64,000 nt of DNA from Octopus sinensis. Taxonomy: Eukaryota. The position numbers and the translations under genes are program-made. This document shows, in pieces, positions 11,296 to 25,977 of the stretch. The DNA is taken from positions 149,854,001 to 149,918,000 of the forward strand of contig NC_042998.1 in NCBI RefSeq assembly GCF_006345805.1, in the 5' to 3' direction. Position 1 is the stretch's first letter. Each line of letters begins with the position of its first letter. The notes beneath the pieces were generated by a model. It made no database searches. It was not told where the DNA came from and worked only from the letters and a program-made list of their open reading frames with translations.

Positions 11296-14206
11296 ATATA
11301 ATATAATATAATATAATAAGAGTAAATAATATCTTTAATGGTTTCTAAAAAACCAACAATTATTTACGGGTAGATTTCAGCATGTAAATATAACCATTAA
11401 CGGTAGGAACGGTGAATTACAGGAATATGTCGCATGTGGAGTCTCATTTATAAAAATAAACAGTCTTTGACTGCTGTTTCTAATCTTTCGGTATGTGGCT
11501 AAGCAACCTGTTGCCTGCCTCTTTTATATATATATATAATTTGTTGAATGTAGCGAAATATGACACTCCCTACCAGGGCAATAAGGCTGTTTTCTTTTTC
11601 TTTTTTCAGGGGTAATTAATACTAAATTTTAGAAATAAATGAAAATTAAATTGAAAATGAAACATTCTTCCGTTATCAGTACATTCATTTAAATATTTAT
11701 ATCTTACCATTAAATCTTCAGGGCCAATTATATGTATAACATTAATGAGTTTACGTCAAAGTGAAGTTGTCTAAATTTGTATATAATTGGTAGAAGATAC
11801 AGAGTTTACAAGATGAAAAACAGGAAATTTTAAAATTCAGATCATAAAGAAATAAAATGCTTCAATCCATGAACTTACCGTTATTTGTGAGCAAGCTAAG
11901 TGCCAAAATTCTAAGACTATAGTAATAGATATTAATATATTAGTTGAAAGTGGAACAAAGTAAAGTTTCTAGATAGAATTTAAAAGGACTAATGACAATA
12001 TTGAGAGCAGATTATAGAAATGGTGGCAGAGCTAGGAAGAGGGCTAGTACGGCGATATGAGATAGATAATGTACATTTACGTGTATGGGTAATAGGAAAT
12101 AGCTGTACAATTTATCTAAACTATTTTTTTTAAATAAGAGGAAAGGGTCTGCAGTCGAGAGAAGTGGGGGGTGACTTCAGTAACAAATCTTATCATGCTT
12201 TGTTTTTCTTATTCTTCCCAATGAAAATTTAAGTTCATAGAAATATGGACAGGAAGCAGTTTTTGAAAAGACAATGGTAAGCCAGTGCTCTATCAAGATC
12301 TAAAAAGCCAGAATGGACTTTTTTACTGATTTCTCCTGCAGAAGAAACTACAGCCATAGCTTTTATAGAAACACCAAAGCCGAGGAAGTCAAAGTCCTTA
12401 GCGTTTCTCTTGAACAATTTCTTGGTGACGATTGTAAGAGTGACATACGCAAGGATAGAATTCCGAAGAATCGATGTTCTAGAAAGGAGTGGTTGAATGT
12501 CATAAATAATGCAAGGCCAGGGAGTGATAAACACTATAATACATAAGAGGAGGAAATATCAGCGAGTCTTGGTCGCCTGAACTTATGCATTGGTCTTGAT
12601 GCAGCCTTTTGTATTCCGAAGATGCTTGTCAGGAAGGAGAAGCTTTCAGTGACGGTGAATCATAGCTCATGAGACAATCGTAAAGATTCTAGTTGCGTGT
12701 AATTCTTTGTAGTACAGATCAGTTATAATAAACATTTCCTGATATCTACAGCAGTCGTATTTTTTACAAAACTAGACAAGTTAGGAATTACATGATTAGC
12801 TTTGTGACAGGATATTTAGATTAAAAGCGTCTCCTAGATTGTTTTTTTTTTTCTCAAATTATTTGTTTTTATGTTTTTAGTGAATGTTTTACTTTAACAA
12901 TACTCCCGTGGGATTTTCCTGCCATCAAAAAAAACTTAACGTCTAAAGACCCATGTCTCTTCTACTAAAGATTCATATAGCAAATTCTCACCTACCTTTT
13001 GTATCATCTCGACAATAATTCACCTCATTAAAAGGAAAATATGAACCACCATATAAACATTGAATCACAAGTCTCTGATTAAGATTCAAATGAATACTAA
13101 TTTTAATTTAATGCTGACTCTAACGATTGCTCAGACCATAGAACTTACTCCAAAAACCTTACATCTACAAAAACAGGGCTTCACAACAATTATGTTACAC
13201 ATTACTAAACAAAATTATTAGAAAACTTTGGGTTGATAACAAAATTATCTTATATGAAATATTCATAAAACTAGATTAGTCAAGGAAGCCATATTAATAG
13301 CTGAACACACAGTGAGTGCATTATAGAGAAATAGATAAGAGCAGATACCAAGTCCAAACCATTTCCTGGTAACTGAAACAAACCTGACGCCAACGACCAG
13401 TATATTTAGTGTTCGTTGATAGTTCGGGAAAAATCAACATGCTGGGGTTTCCTTCACCCTCACCGATACCAAAAATAATATTAAATAGCTACGCTAAAAC
13501 CAGACGATAAGTGCAGGAAGATTTTTGATATAGCGATCAATATAGGAAATGTATTGTTACAAACAAAGCGTGAAGAGCAAATACGGAAATATGAAAAAAT
13601 CAAATCCTTAACGTAAAAGTTAAAAGAAAAAAGTGAAGCGTAGTGGTGTTTACAGTAACCCATGATTACAGAAGAAATTGTGGCATACATATAAACAAAC
13701 ATATTAATGTACGTATGTATTTATACACATATATGTTCACATATACATATATAAGCATATATATATGTGCGTATGTATGTATGTATGTATGTATGTACAT
13801 GAACACACATATATATACACATACACACATATAACACGGTTGAGTGTTTCACAATCAGATATTCCAGGATCAAATACGGTTGACATTTTAGAAAATGTAT
13901 CTTTCACCACAGCCACGGGACGACTCAACGTTTGTGATGAGAATTTGGAGCGAGGAATAGAGTAGAGTCTGATTCTCTAATTTAAAGGTCCGAACTTATC
14001 TATTTGCCTGGGTAAGGATTCTCCACAACACACCATTTCTGTTCAGCAGATCACCCTACTGTATAACTCTAGTCAGTGGTTCCCCAGGCATTCGCATCCA
14101 ACGCGAACAAACTCATTTTCTCTCTTCCAAGCTTCACTCTTCACAGACTCAGTTATTTAAGACAATTTTAAACACGCATTACCTTCTCAGGCTACTATGT
14201 CACCAC

Positions 14207-14244
<38 letters not shown>

Positions 14245-14279
14245 GCACACACACACAGTAAATTACCCCTCATTTGGAT

Positions 14280-14362
<83 letters not shown>

Positions 14363-15089
14363 ACTACTGAAGATCCGAATAGACGTAAGACCCAAAATAT
14401 GAAATACGAAGCAAAACGCTCCCGTCCAATAAACGGTGCTGAGTTGTCAAACATTTAAATCAGATTTTCTGAAAACAACTTGTCCAACCGTCCCATAGGC
14501 CTCCCCTTTGAGAAACACTGATTTGATCTAAATGTGAGATACTAACAAAAGAAGAAATAAAGATAGACCTTTTTTCTATTCCAAAGAAGAACGATTTTAT
14601 TCACACACATATGCAACCGAAGAGTTTAAAGTACCAGTAATGATAAGACTGTTGACTGGGAGAACACAAACGTGGTTTAAACAGTAAGCTTGGCAAGAAA
14701 GAAACGTGCCTTTAAGCAGCACAAAAACAACAAATAATGGAAGGTGCAGCTATGTGCAGGTTGACGGAAGAAAAGCAGGGCAAAAACGGCTTTATCGATC
14801 GCATTCTCACCTGGAATCGATTTTTGTAATTTTTTCAAGACTTATACACGCCCTGATACCATCGATATCAATATATCAAATTTGAGCGCATTCGGGTGGA
14901 GGATGCCCGAGTTCCGAGAAGACACACACACAGAAAGGATTTTATACAAGAGACATGCATTTATATATGTATGTGTGTGCGTGTGTGAATGTGTATGTAC
15001 ATATGTACATGTGTATGAATATATGTATGTGTGTATCTATGTATGTTTGTGTATACACACACACACACAGAGGCACGCATATGATCGAT

Positions 15090-15320
15090 CATGGAGAGTC
15101 TTGCGACAAACCTTGGAAGGGAGAGTAATACCAATCCATTCAAACTTGGAACTACAGCATAGTATCAAAGCTGTCCCCTCTTAGCACTGCAGCAGCTTAG
15201 GCTTCAAAGACTCAGAGATTTTCAATGTCTTGCTCCAAAATTCTCGGAGATCTACGAGAAGTTGACGTGAAGGTATTCAAAAAGCACTTAAACAAATGTC
15301 TATGAGGTAGCAGATGAAGC
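15090..15320 (+). mobile_element. Degraded 3' end of a CR1-group LINE ORF2
   Basis: CSSLGFKDSEIFNVL and DVKVFKKHLNKCL..DE resemble CR1 C-terminal FN.LP...FK..LD motifs. Confidence 0.5.
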
Positions 15321-15581
15321 CGCGGTTGAACACAAAGAAGTGAGGTGTTGTCTACACTTGTGATTTACCAGATCCAAAAATGGAGGAAAGTCTCTGGGAG
15401 GGAAATAAAGGGAACTGACAAGCATGCCAGTGTTCTAGCATGGCCGTAGATACAACACAACATACAGGGGAGAGGAGAGAGAGCGAGAGAGAGAGACATA
15501 CATATAGTTATGTAGGTATATATATAAATATATATATTATAATATATATATAATATATATAGACATATATTTATGTAGGTG

Positions 15582-15613
<32 letters not shown>

Positions 15614-18044
15614 CACAATACGTACACATATATATATGTATATACATATATACACACACACGTATATATATACACACACACACATGTATATACACATACA
15701 TACACACACACATCTTAGTATGTACGTTTGTATATACATCTACACATACGCGTGTGTGTGTGTAAGCGTATATATGTACTTGTACATATATATATATGTA
15801 TATATGTGTGTGTATACGTACATACATACATACATACACACACACACTCTCACACACACACTCACATACACACACATATATACCACACATATACATAATA
15901 TAGGTGTGTGAATATTAATAGCTCGTTTTTATTCTTTTCATGTCCCTGTATATATTGGGTATGTTTGCGCGTGCGTAAGAATGTAAATACAACTAGTCAT
16001 CCATACATCCATGTAATATGTCTGTGTATGTGTATGTATGTGTTCGTGTGTGTGTGTGTGTGTGTGAGAGAGTATGTGATCGTATGTGTGTGTGTGAGTA
16101 TGTGATCGTGTGTGTGTGTGTGAGTATGTGATCGTGTGTGTGTTGTGTGAGTATGTGATCGTGTGTGTGTGTGTTTGTAGATTCGTTTCTAATCGAGCAT
16201 CAGCATTTCCTTGATTTCAAAGAAAGCTGAAAGAATCCAGTAAAAATTAACAAAACAAAACAAAAATAGTAAAATAAACGCATGAAGTGAAAATAAATCA
16301 AGTAAACACAAAAAGAAAATAGAAAAATCCCGCCGACTCTCCCCACTCGGTATCCAAAGGAAACGATCCACTTCCCCCGCCCCTCAAAATCAAAAGAAAA
16401 AATTGCATTCAAATTGATAAAAAAAAAGTAGATGGAAAAATGCAAAAACGAAAAACGAAAGAAAGAATGAATGAAAAGCATAAAGAAAAGTGAAAATGAA
16501 TGAAAAGTCGGAATGAAAAAGAAAAAACGAGAAAGAAAAGCGGAAAAAATGGAGGAAGAAAAGAAAGAAACAGTATATATGCATGTGCGAGTGTGTATAC
16601 ATACATATATATAAATAGAGACGAATGTGTATACATAAATCATACATATATATACATTTATATATACACACATATATACATGCATACATACATGTGTGTG
16701 TGTGCGCGCGCGCGCGTGTGTGAGTGTGTGTGTGTGTGTGTATTTATTCACAATAGAAAGAGTGGAAGAGAATAGCAAGTTGTAGACAATGAACCGATGT
16801 CTGCTGCCGTTGGAAACGGTTGGAAATTTCACAAGAATTCTAACGTCTTTTCTGTAGCATTTTGTATTTTGGTTTACATTTATTCGCCTTTTCATAGATT
16901 TCTACTTCCTTCTAGATTTCTTTTCCCTCTCACTTTCCTTCTTGTTTCCTTTTTTCTTTCTTTTCTCCCTTTCTTTTCTTCTTTTCTTTCTTTCTTTCGT
17001 TCTTTTTTCTTTCTTCCCCTTTTCTCTTTCTTTCCTTCCTTTTCGCTTGTTCGCTTTCCAGTTATTTTCTTGCTTTTCACCGTTCTTTCTTAGAGATTTT
17101 TTTCCCTGTCTATTTTGCTATTTTATTCTCTTTGTTACATTTTCTACATAAATTTTTCTTTTCCAATTTTTTTTATTCCAATAATGTGTCTAAGTATGCG
17201 TACGTGTGTGTATGTATGTGTGTGTATGTGTGTGTATGTGTGTGTGTGGGGGGGGGGGGGCGTGCTTATGAAGGGTTTAACGTGCGTCTACTTTCTGTAG
17301 GTGTAGTTGTGTATATGAACTATCATACATACTCTTCCAGTAAAGAAAGCACGTCTATGTGTAAGTATTATGTATATATATATGTGTAGATATATATGTA
17401 AGATAGAGCTTCCTTGAAATATTTAAGGATATGTGCATATATACACACACATATACACTATACATACACCAATACAATAATATATGCACATACGTATATG
17501 TATATACATGCACACACAACCGCCACACCTAGATCCACACACTCATATACATACATATACACGCATGCACAAACACACACACACCACATAAATATATATA
17601 TATGCGTGTATATATGTGTGTATGTATGTATAAATTTATATATATATATATATAATATATATATACACACGACACACGTTATGGTTGTTTTCCTGCATTT
17701 TGTCATTTGTTTGTTTTTTTTTTGTTTTGTTTTTTGCTTTCATTCCATATATTCAGATTTTATAGAATTTTAAAATCTTCTCTGCGATTTTAAAGTAGCA
17801 TATTACCCGCTCTAATATTCTACGGACATTGAGATTGTTTACCAGACAAAAGCTGATTTCCGAAAAAGGACTTAAAACGGATCGATGCTGCAATTTCCCA
17901 GAAGGCCCTCTTTTTCCGGTGATATGATCGCGTCTTTAATCTGATTTTAAACGAAGACAAAGCGAAAGATGGGATATAAAATAGTGAACTAGAAGAATAC
18001 GAATACGTAAACACACTATCAACTACACTGTACATTCATGTATA

Positions 18045-18080
<36 letters not shown>

Positions 18081-18165
18081 TGTATGTATGTATGTATGTG
18101 TGTATGTATATATGTATTTATGTATATATATGTCTATATGAGATATATAGAGATATTTTATATAA

Positions 18166-18200
<35 letters not shown>

Positions 18201-18482
18201 AGAATACACATATCCACATGTAGATGTATACACACATATGTATACATATTTATATATGCAATCAACATATGAGGTGTATGTATGTGTGTATGTATCTTTG
18301 TATGCATGTATATGTATGTGTGCATGTGTGCGTTTATACGCATGCACATACAATATACATTCAATATACATCATTTTCTCTTCAATATTCTCAATACGTA
18401 TTCTTGCAGACGTGTTTTTTTTAGTGTTGTTTAGGTTGCACACGAATGTATATCTACAGATTTCGTCAAACACGCACGCACG

Positions 18483-18531
<49 letters not shown>

Positions 18532-18557
18532 ACATACACACACACACACACACACAC

Positions 18558-18605
<48 letters not shown>

Positions 18606-19425
18606 AGTTTATGTATGCAGCATATACGTAGATGTGTGTATGTCGCTGTGCGTGTATGTGTGTATATGAGAGGGTGGGGTGTAAGATTGACTTACTCGAC
18701 AATAACAACACACATTGAAAAATAAAGGAAAATTAAATATAAATCTTTGGTGATGGGAAAGTAGAAGTATTTGGCAGTGAAAGGGAAGGTGTAGGGGTAG
18801 AAAGATTGTAAAATAATGGTGGGATAAATCTATTTCAGCAATAGAGTCGGTATTTTATGAACATTCCGAAATCATTCAAACGGTATATAATGTCTCTCCC
18901 CCCTCTCTCTCTCTCTTTCTCTTTCGCTCGCTTTCATCCCTCTTTTCTCTCCTTTTCACCTCCTCTTTCTGTATACACACACGTATACATACACATATAT
19001 AAAAAGAGACACACATATATGTATGTGTATATATGTGCATGTATGTGTGTATTTAAACGTATGTATCTTATATATATATTAATATACACACGCACACAGA
19101 CACAGATGCACACTCACACACACACATTTTTGCCCTAAGGCCGTATTTTGCTCGTCTGTTTTTCCTTGTCCACCGTCCTAAATCACATGTGTTGTTTTGC
19201 TTTGATTTGTTTGCTCTCGTCCTGAATTCTCACCCCACAAAAATTTTTGTGGACACTGCCAATATGTGAAACCCTTAGTCTTATCATTAATGGAACGAAA
19301 CTGAGTATTACCAAATGGTTGTTGACTGATGAAGAATTGAGGACCTTTTGTGTCTGTCTCCCGTCCGGTTGTACACTCAGTATACGTTATGTAGTTTGTT
19401 TATTTACCATACATTTTTCATTATT

Positions 19426-19521
<96 letters not shown>

Positions 19522-20805
19522 CTAGCTTAAGGTGACCCGCTCTACGCGCGAGTAAGAGTGTGGTTGTTACTTTCTGTTGCTTCCTTTCAGCACGTAAAAG
19601 GCACCATCTGAACGTGACTGATGGCAGCGCCGCCTTGACTGGCTTCTGTGCCAGTGGCACATAAAAAGCACCAACCGATCGTGGCCGCTGCCAGACCCCC
19701 TGGCACCTGTGCCGGCAGCACGAAAAAATCACCGACTACACTCACAGAGTGGTTGGCGTTAGGAAGGGCATCCAGATGTAGAAACACTGCCAGATCAGAC
19801 TGGAGCCTGGTGCAGCCACCTGGCTTCCCAGACCCCGGTCAAACTGTCCAACCCGTGCTAGCATGGAAAACGGACGTTAAACGATGATGATGATGATTCT
19901 CCCTCTTTGTTTCTCTCTCACTTTCCCACTCTCTTACTTTTCTTTTCTCTCGGACTCTCCCTCGCTTTCTCTTACTCTCTATCTTTATCTATCTCTCTCC
20001 CATTTATAAACAACAAAATACCTTGACGTAAGGGGGATCAGCCATCTGAATGTGGCTAGGGACAGGGCGGGGTGGTTGGGGTGTTACTGATGCATTTAGC
20101 CCCAGGCGATCATCGACGTCACCAGAAGGACCGACACCATCACGGTGTCCTTGCTAGCCTGTAAAGGGAGATCAGCCTCCCCGAAGATACGGATACTACA
20201 TACGGACCGGTTTCGAGGTAATTGCCTCTTATCAACGTATGGTAAGCACCGTTCTTCGATGAGTAAGTTGAGAAAGAAAAAATATTTTGAAAGATCAATC
20301 ATGAATATCATCAGTGACAACGGAAAGGTCTGCTTCAAGGCAGACAGCAAAACACTAACATTTAAAAGAGACAGACGAACTTGCGAGCTGAATAATAATA
20401 ATAAGATATTGGACACCAAAGTTTGAAGGGATAGAATCTGAGGATAGTAGAGTAACCATGGCTGGCATTTCTTAACGACGGACAGCAACGTATTGACAGT
20501 TTAACGGCTGGCGTAAAATTTTGAACTTGATGTAAAAGATAATTCCTAAACACCAAGTTTTTAAGTGATTCTTTCTCACGACAGTAGACTCACCATGGCA
20601 AGCATTCAAAACTTCTTCATCATGGACGGCAACACATTGACGATTAAAGGGCTGGCGCAAATTTTTTAGCTTGATGCAACAGAGAATTCCTAAACACCCG
20701 CTCCTCTAAATTTTAATCCCCTTCCAGCCCCATTTAGACCCGTTTTCACATTTTGGTTAATATAACCCGATTTCATTCGGGTCTACTGGGGCCAAATTTA
20801 TAAGA
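19522..20805 (-). mobile_element. Non-autonomous Helitron-like element
   Basis: On the minus strand, 5' A|TCttataaa at 20805, a subterminal hairpin actcgcgcgtagagcgggt and 3' CTAG|T at 19522; internal ~137-bp tandem repeat at 20443-20700. Confidence 0.6.
19587..19896 (+). mobile_element. Solo 3' UTR of the RTE LINE with (GAT)n tail, nested in the Helitron
   Basis: Closely matches 41810-42060 (gagtggttggcgttaggaagggcatccag...ggaaaacggacgttaaacgatgatgat). Confidence 0.9.
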
Positions 20806-20928
20806 TGAGGAATTTTGTCCTAGAGGTCTTTCATTTGAGGGAAAAATAGTTGTCATGCAAACCTGCCAGCACTTTTAACATAGGTGTGCATATTTTCAGC
20901 TCAACCGACCACATAATGCACACATTAT

Positions 20929-21011
<83 letters not shown>

Positions 21012-21459
21012 ACGCATTATATATACAAATGTATACAAATTATATATATATATATATGTATAAATTATATTAGAGATAAAACCACTAATAGGCAAATCAA
21101 ACAGTGAAAAACATAAACCAAAACATGAAAATAAAAATATATACAAAATATATAAAATATAAAATTGAAAAATTTTGATTATTTAAATCTAAAATTAAAA
21201 TTATCAATTTATATTTATAAATTTTTTTAAAAATATATATAGCTATCAAAAAGTATTAAAAAGTTTAATATACATAAATACAGATATATACACTTTGTAT
21301 ATATACATTATATATACATATTTATATATAGAACACACACACACACACACACAGACACATATATAAATTAACCCAATAAATATCTGATTCATAATATTTG
21401 TTCTCATGATTGTGTGGTTCTGGTGGCGATGATAATTCTCTCTATGAATGCAGACAGAC

Positions 21460-21489
<30 letters not shown>

Positions 21490-21498
<9 letters not shown>

Positions 21499-21863
21499 GT
21501 GTATGAAAGCGCTGTCGAAGGCGGGGAGGGGGGATATAGAACGCCGTGACACGACGTTATAAAGAGAAAGTGAAGGTAGGGGAGTTAGACGCCGTGAAAC
21601 GACGTTATATATAGAAAGTGATGGGAAGGGAGGAAAGAGAGTGAGTGACGGAGATACATAAAAGAATGAGAGTAGACTTGTCAAAGTGAGTTTTTGGCCC
21701 TAGCAATGACACCTTTTAAGATGGGGATTTCTAACCTAGCCCACTAACATCCTCACCTGTATAATTTTTGGAGTCAATCCGACGGGATCTAGTGGCTTTT
21801 AACCCGTTCTCAATGCCAAAACCAGACAAACAAACTTCGCATTTCAGATTTATAATATAGAGA
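21490..21863 (-). mobile_element. Helitron-like 5' end fragment
   Basis: Minus strand A|TCtctatattataaatctgaaatgcgaagtttgtttgtc; ~49-bp internal tandem acgccgtga.acgacgttata at 21541-21620. Confidence 0.45.
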
Positions 21864-22319
21864 TGTGTGGTGTGTGTGTGTGTATGTATATGTAATATAT
21901 GTGTGTATATATGTATGTATATATTCGTAAACGTGGGTATATGGTAAGAAGTTTTCATCCCAACCTAATAACCTAATACCTGTAGGTTCAGTTCCGCTGT
22001 GTGGCATTTTGGGCAAGTGTCTTCTTACTATAGTATCGGGGCGACCAAATATTTGTGTGTGGATTTAGTAGAAGGAAACTGAAAGAAACCTGCAAAACAG
22101 CTACTTGTAAAATCTCACGAAGGGATAGAGTAGTAATTATGCTAAACAGTAGAGCCAGTCTCCACATCAAAGTGGCTGTTGAATGTCACTACTCGTTTAA
22201 CCCAGGCAGATTCTCTCCCAGCTGGTTATTGGTGCGACACTCTGCACCCTTTGTATACAACATATTGTTCGCAGGGGTAGCGAACCTTTACCACCCTGTA
22301 ACAGTTATCAGGATCGTGA

Positions 22320-22359
22320 TACTGACTCAGTTTCGAGCTATTTGGCTAGTCCTCAGTAC
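22320..22359 (-). ncRNA. Hammerhead-like motif, non-canonical stem I
   Basis: Minus strand gta-CTGAGGA-ct agc caaata gct c-GAAA-ctga-GTC-agt. Confidence 0.4.
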
Positions 22360-23659
22360 TGAGCATCTGTATGCCAGAGTCTACTACCCCGGTACTCTAT
22401 CTTTTCTTGAGATTTTACAACTAGTTCTTTTGCTTTTATATATATATATATATATATATATACATCTGTGTGTGAGTTTCTTTATTTGTGATTGTCCTTC
22501 ATCACTACTTGACAACCGGTGTTAGTGTATTCATGTTCCGTATAAAAGCATTTTCGTTTATAAACACGAGTTTAAAAAACATCCACACATATATACACAC
22601 ACACACATACACACACACACATGCACACACACACACACACACATATGCCTCCCTGAAACTAAAGAGTGCTTCCCGAAATAACATTAATTTCGGTTAGACG
22701 ATTTTCTTTTTATTCGTCCTACCAGTATTTTAGACTATCTCGTATTCCACAAAAGATCTGTTTTGGTACAATGCTATCAATGTATCTAAAAAATTTTTTT
22801 TCAAGTACGTATATATTGATCTCTCCTTGATGACTCCTGCTAACTTAGTGAAAGCTTGCAATCGTACCTTGTCTTGAAAAAAATCACAAACAGGGTGTAT
22901 AAATATTCGTTTGTACATTTCTTTCACTCTGTCTAAGTTCATGCACCGTACATCAACATTAGAATTTCGACCTCCTGGTCACATACGATCAGAGGTCTAA
23001 TCGAAAATTTCGATAACTATTGATATAACTTTTGTGATTAATCAAGTTTTATAAATATCTTATATTCTAGAATTTGCTATCAACGAATATTTTACAAAAC
23101 ATTTTGTAGGATCGAATAAAAAAGTATGCTGCGAACATTTCTTTTTGTGGCTACATAGTAAGTCGACAGTAAAGTGTTGCATATATGTGTCCTCTGTAAT
23201 TTTTAACTTGGATATGTACATCTGAACTTGTAAATTCCATTCGTTATCTGAAGTTTATTCAACAATTTCAAAGCTTATGATTCACATTAGGAATTTGTTT
23301 TTAGTTTATTCTTATTTCGAGAGTTCTAATTCTTGTCTAAACATAGAATCCAGATCAAATGTTGCTATGTTGATTTGTCCATTATGTGGTCCTGTTAGCT
23401 GTGCGCTGTCTTTGTTGAGGCAGCTTAAAAAGGCAGGCACCCACCCGACTTTATTATTTGTCTCACTACTTGCATGCCTTCATTTAGCTTTGGGTCAAAT
23501 GACATTTTAGGTTCTCCTAACCCACAACCACTCCAAAACAACATTAAGGATACAACAATGTCTAACATAATTCTTATTATCATTAGCACTAATTAATTTT
23601 CCCTTCGTTGATCAAAAAGAAATTTTCACATTAAGAATATCGACCAACAGTTAAGAAAA

Positions 23660-24070
23660 CATTAACCTACCCTCAAATAAATGTTCGTCTACACTTAACA
23701 ATGTAGTAACTTACACTCAACTAAAAGGCTACCTACAGTCAGTGATATATACAACTTACACCCAATTAAATGGTAGCCTGAATGCTAGCTAAATGGCAGT
23801 TGACATTCCAGTCATAAATTCTAGTCTACCCTCAAGTACCTGGTAGCCTATACTCAATTAAATGTTACCGTACATTCAACCAAAGGTTATCTTTCACTCA
23901 TCTAAATATTAACCTACAATCAACTAACTGGTAGCCTATACTCAACTGTTATGCTAATCTTAAACTAATTATACTCAAATGTTATACTAATCTTAAACTA
24001 ATGGTAACCTACACTCACTAAATGTTAGCTTACATGCAACTCACTGGTAGCTTATACTCAGCTAACTCAC
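23660..24070. repeat. Degenerate ~22-bp minisatellite
   Basis: Recurrent unit approximating CTACACTCAACTAAATGGTAGC. Confidence 0.7.
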
Positions 24071-24845
24071 ATTTAACACACGTTCTTCACGCAGATAACT
24101 ATTTCATTAAGTAAAGGCTACCATTGGTAGAGACCCGATTCTGTTTAGAACTAAATGACTGAAGAATTCTTATTAAGCAGATGAGAATATTGTAAAAGAG
24201 ATAAAACACTCAGTAAATTCTTTTAAATTTATGAGAATAAAGAGACATTAAGAAGATTGTTGTTAGTTTTTCGATCTGAGCTTGAGAAGTTGTATGGTTT
24301 CGTCTTTCGACATTGATAGACTGTTGCTAAAACACATCGGGTTTTGTGAATCTACCAATCTATCGTTTTTTTAAAGTCTTATTTTTGGTTTATATTCCCA
24401 TAAAATTTTTAAAATTTTCTCTGTGAAGAACAACGGAATCAAATCATTGAATATGAGTCAGACATTTGATATTCAGAGCAGAATATAAGCACCTTGCCTT
24501 CATGAAAGGCGGGATCGTCTCAGAGATTTTTCTTGATAGACTTTGGTTAAAGAACACTTGGCAGCCTTCTTAGAATAAAAAGATTTAGTTGAAAAATACC
24601 ACATATACGAGTTCTTGTGTTCCTTATTTCCCTGTTAACCTACAGTGGTATTATTTCTTATTTAATGTAATATCGCTATAGCCTCCGGAAATATTCGACA
24701 AGCAAATTGATATATAACCTGATGACACCAAATCGATTAACTCTCCATTTAGTGATGGCATACACAACAGAAGGCCGAATACCAGTCAACATCTGGTCTA
24801 CTCGAAAAATTAGAGCATATAAAGTTTTCGTATCACAGTCTAAAG

Positions 24846-25390
24846 CAGTGGTTCTCAACCGGGGTCCATATAACATCTGGTGGTCCATGAAAGCAAAATA
24901 GTTAATTGGGGATCCAGAGTAGTATTCTAAGGGTCCAAGAAAATATTTTGCTTTAGATGTATTTATTACAAGAAACATCTAAGTTTCTTTCTCTAACATT
25001 TTACATTGTTCTACAAAAAGTCGTGGTCAAAAATTTGTAACATACATTTGAAATAGAGAATTATTAATTATAAAATACCCAAAGTTATATTAAAAGTAAG
25101 CAATTTGGTCTAGAACTATATTTTTGATTTTGCCTATTTTTTCTTCAAGACATCGACCTATTGGATCAGTTATTAGGTAAGTATAATTTCTACGTTGTAT
25201 ATATTTGAATCAAATTGTACTTGGGTATAACAATTTTAATTTTTTTAAACATGTTGCAAACTTTTGGCTACTACTGCACATAAATAGTGTGAAAAACAAA
25301 ATAGGAATTGAGAAAAATTTTTAGAAATCTACCAAAATAGAATAGCAATTAAAAGGGGCACAAAGGCAAAAAATGGTTGAAAAGATTCTT
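24846..25390. mobile_element. hAT/Charlie-type MITE (degraded right end)
   Basis: Left end CAGTGGTTCTCAACCGGGGTCC; right end aaaaaatggttgaaaagattc is a decayed inverted counterpart. Confidence 0.5.
25018..25276. mobile_element. Tc1-type MITE nested in the hAT MITE
   Basis: Left aagtcgtggtcaaaaatttgtaacat versus reverse complement of the right end cagtagtagccaaaagtttgcaacat. Confidence 0.6.
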
Positions 25391-25394
25391 CATT

Positions 25395-25680
25395 AATCTA
25401 TTGGCTCTTCTGTCGATTTTTACACCATTTTAATCGCTTTCCCATATTGATGGCAGAAAGGAGAGGTTTTGCAATTGCAGCTCTCCCATGATATCGAGCA
25501 CTATTGAGCTCACGACGAGCAGTTTTGGTCAAGACTGGGTTTGCAAGGTATTGGTTTTACTCTGCAGTCACTTCCATTGTAGCAGTTCTATGATTTTTGG
25601 AAACAATACGTTTTAACACTCTCCGGTCCCTTTCTGAACATATCGACGTCAGACCAGAATTACACATTTCACAGCTCAAT
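25395..25680 (-). pseudogene. Tc1 transposase N-terminal HTH remnant
   Basis: Minus strand SERDRRVLKRIVSKNHRTATMEVTAE*NQYLANPVLTKTARRELNSARYHGRAAIAKPLLSAINMGKRLKWCK. Confidence 0.85.
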
Positions 25681-25977
25681 TTCCTTTGTTATTTGAATGC
25701 TGTCATAATCTAAGAGACAGTACCTTTCGAAACACGGGAAAATTCTGTAGTTTTAGCCTTCCGAGCTCCAACATTTACCGTCTTTGAAAACCAGTAAGGC
25801 CACATATTTTATTATATATAGATATAGATATCTGAAAAAGATAAGAATTGGGTTTAAACAATACGCTTTACGCATAAGCAACCTGAATAATTATAAACAA
25901 CTAATCTCGATTAGAAAATACAGCAAAATAAGCACTGGTGTTTCCATTAGTTTGTCCAACCCTTGCATATATACACA

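Noticed and set aside
17720-18030. Coding exon after the polypyrimidine/ttcag acceptor-like site
   Set aside because: All three plus-strand frames hit stop codons within about 40 nt
23660-24070. CRISPR-like array
   Set aside because: Units are contiguous and degenerate with no unique spacers, no cas genes are present, and the context is eukaryotic
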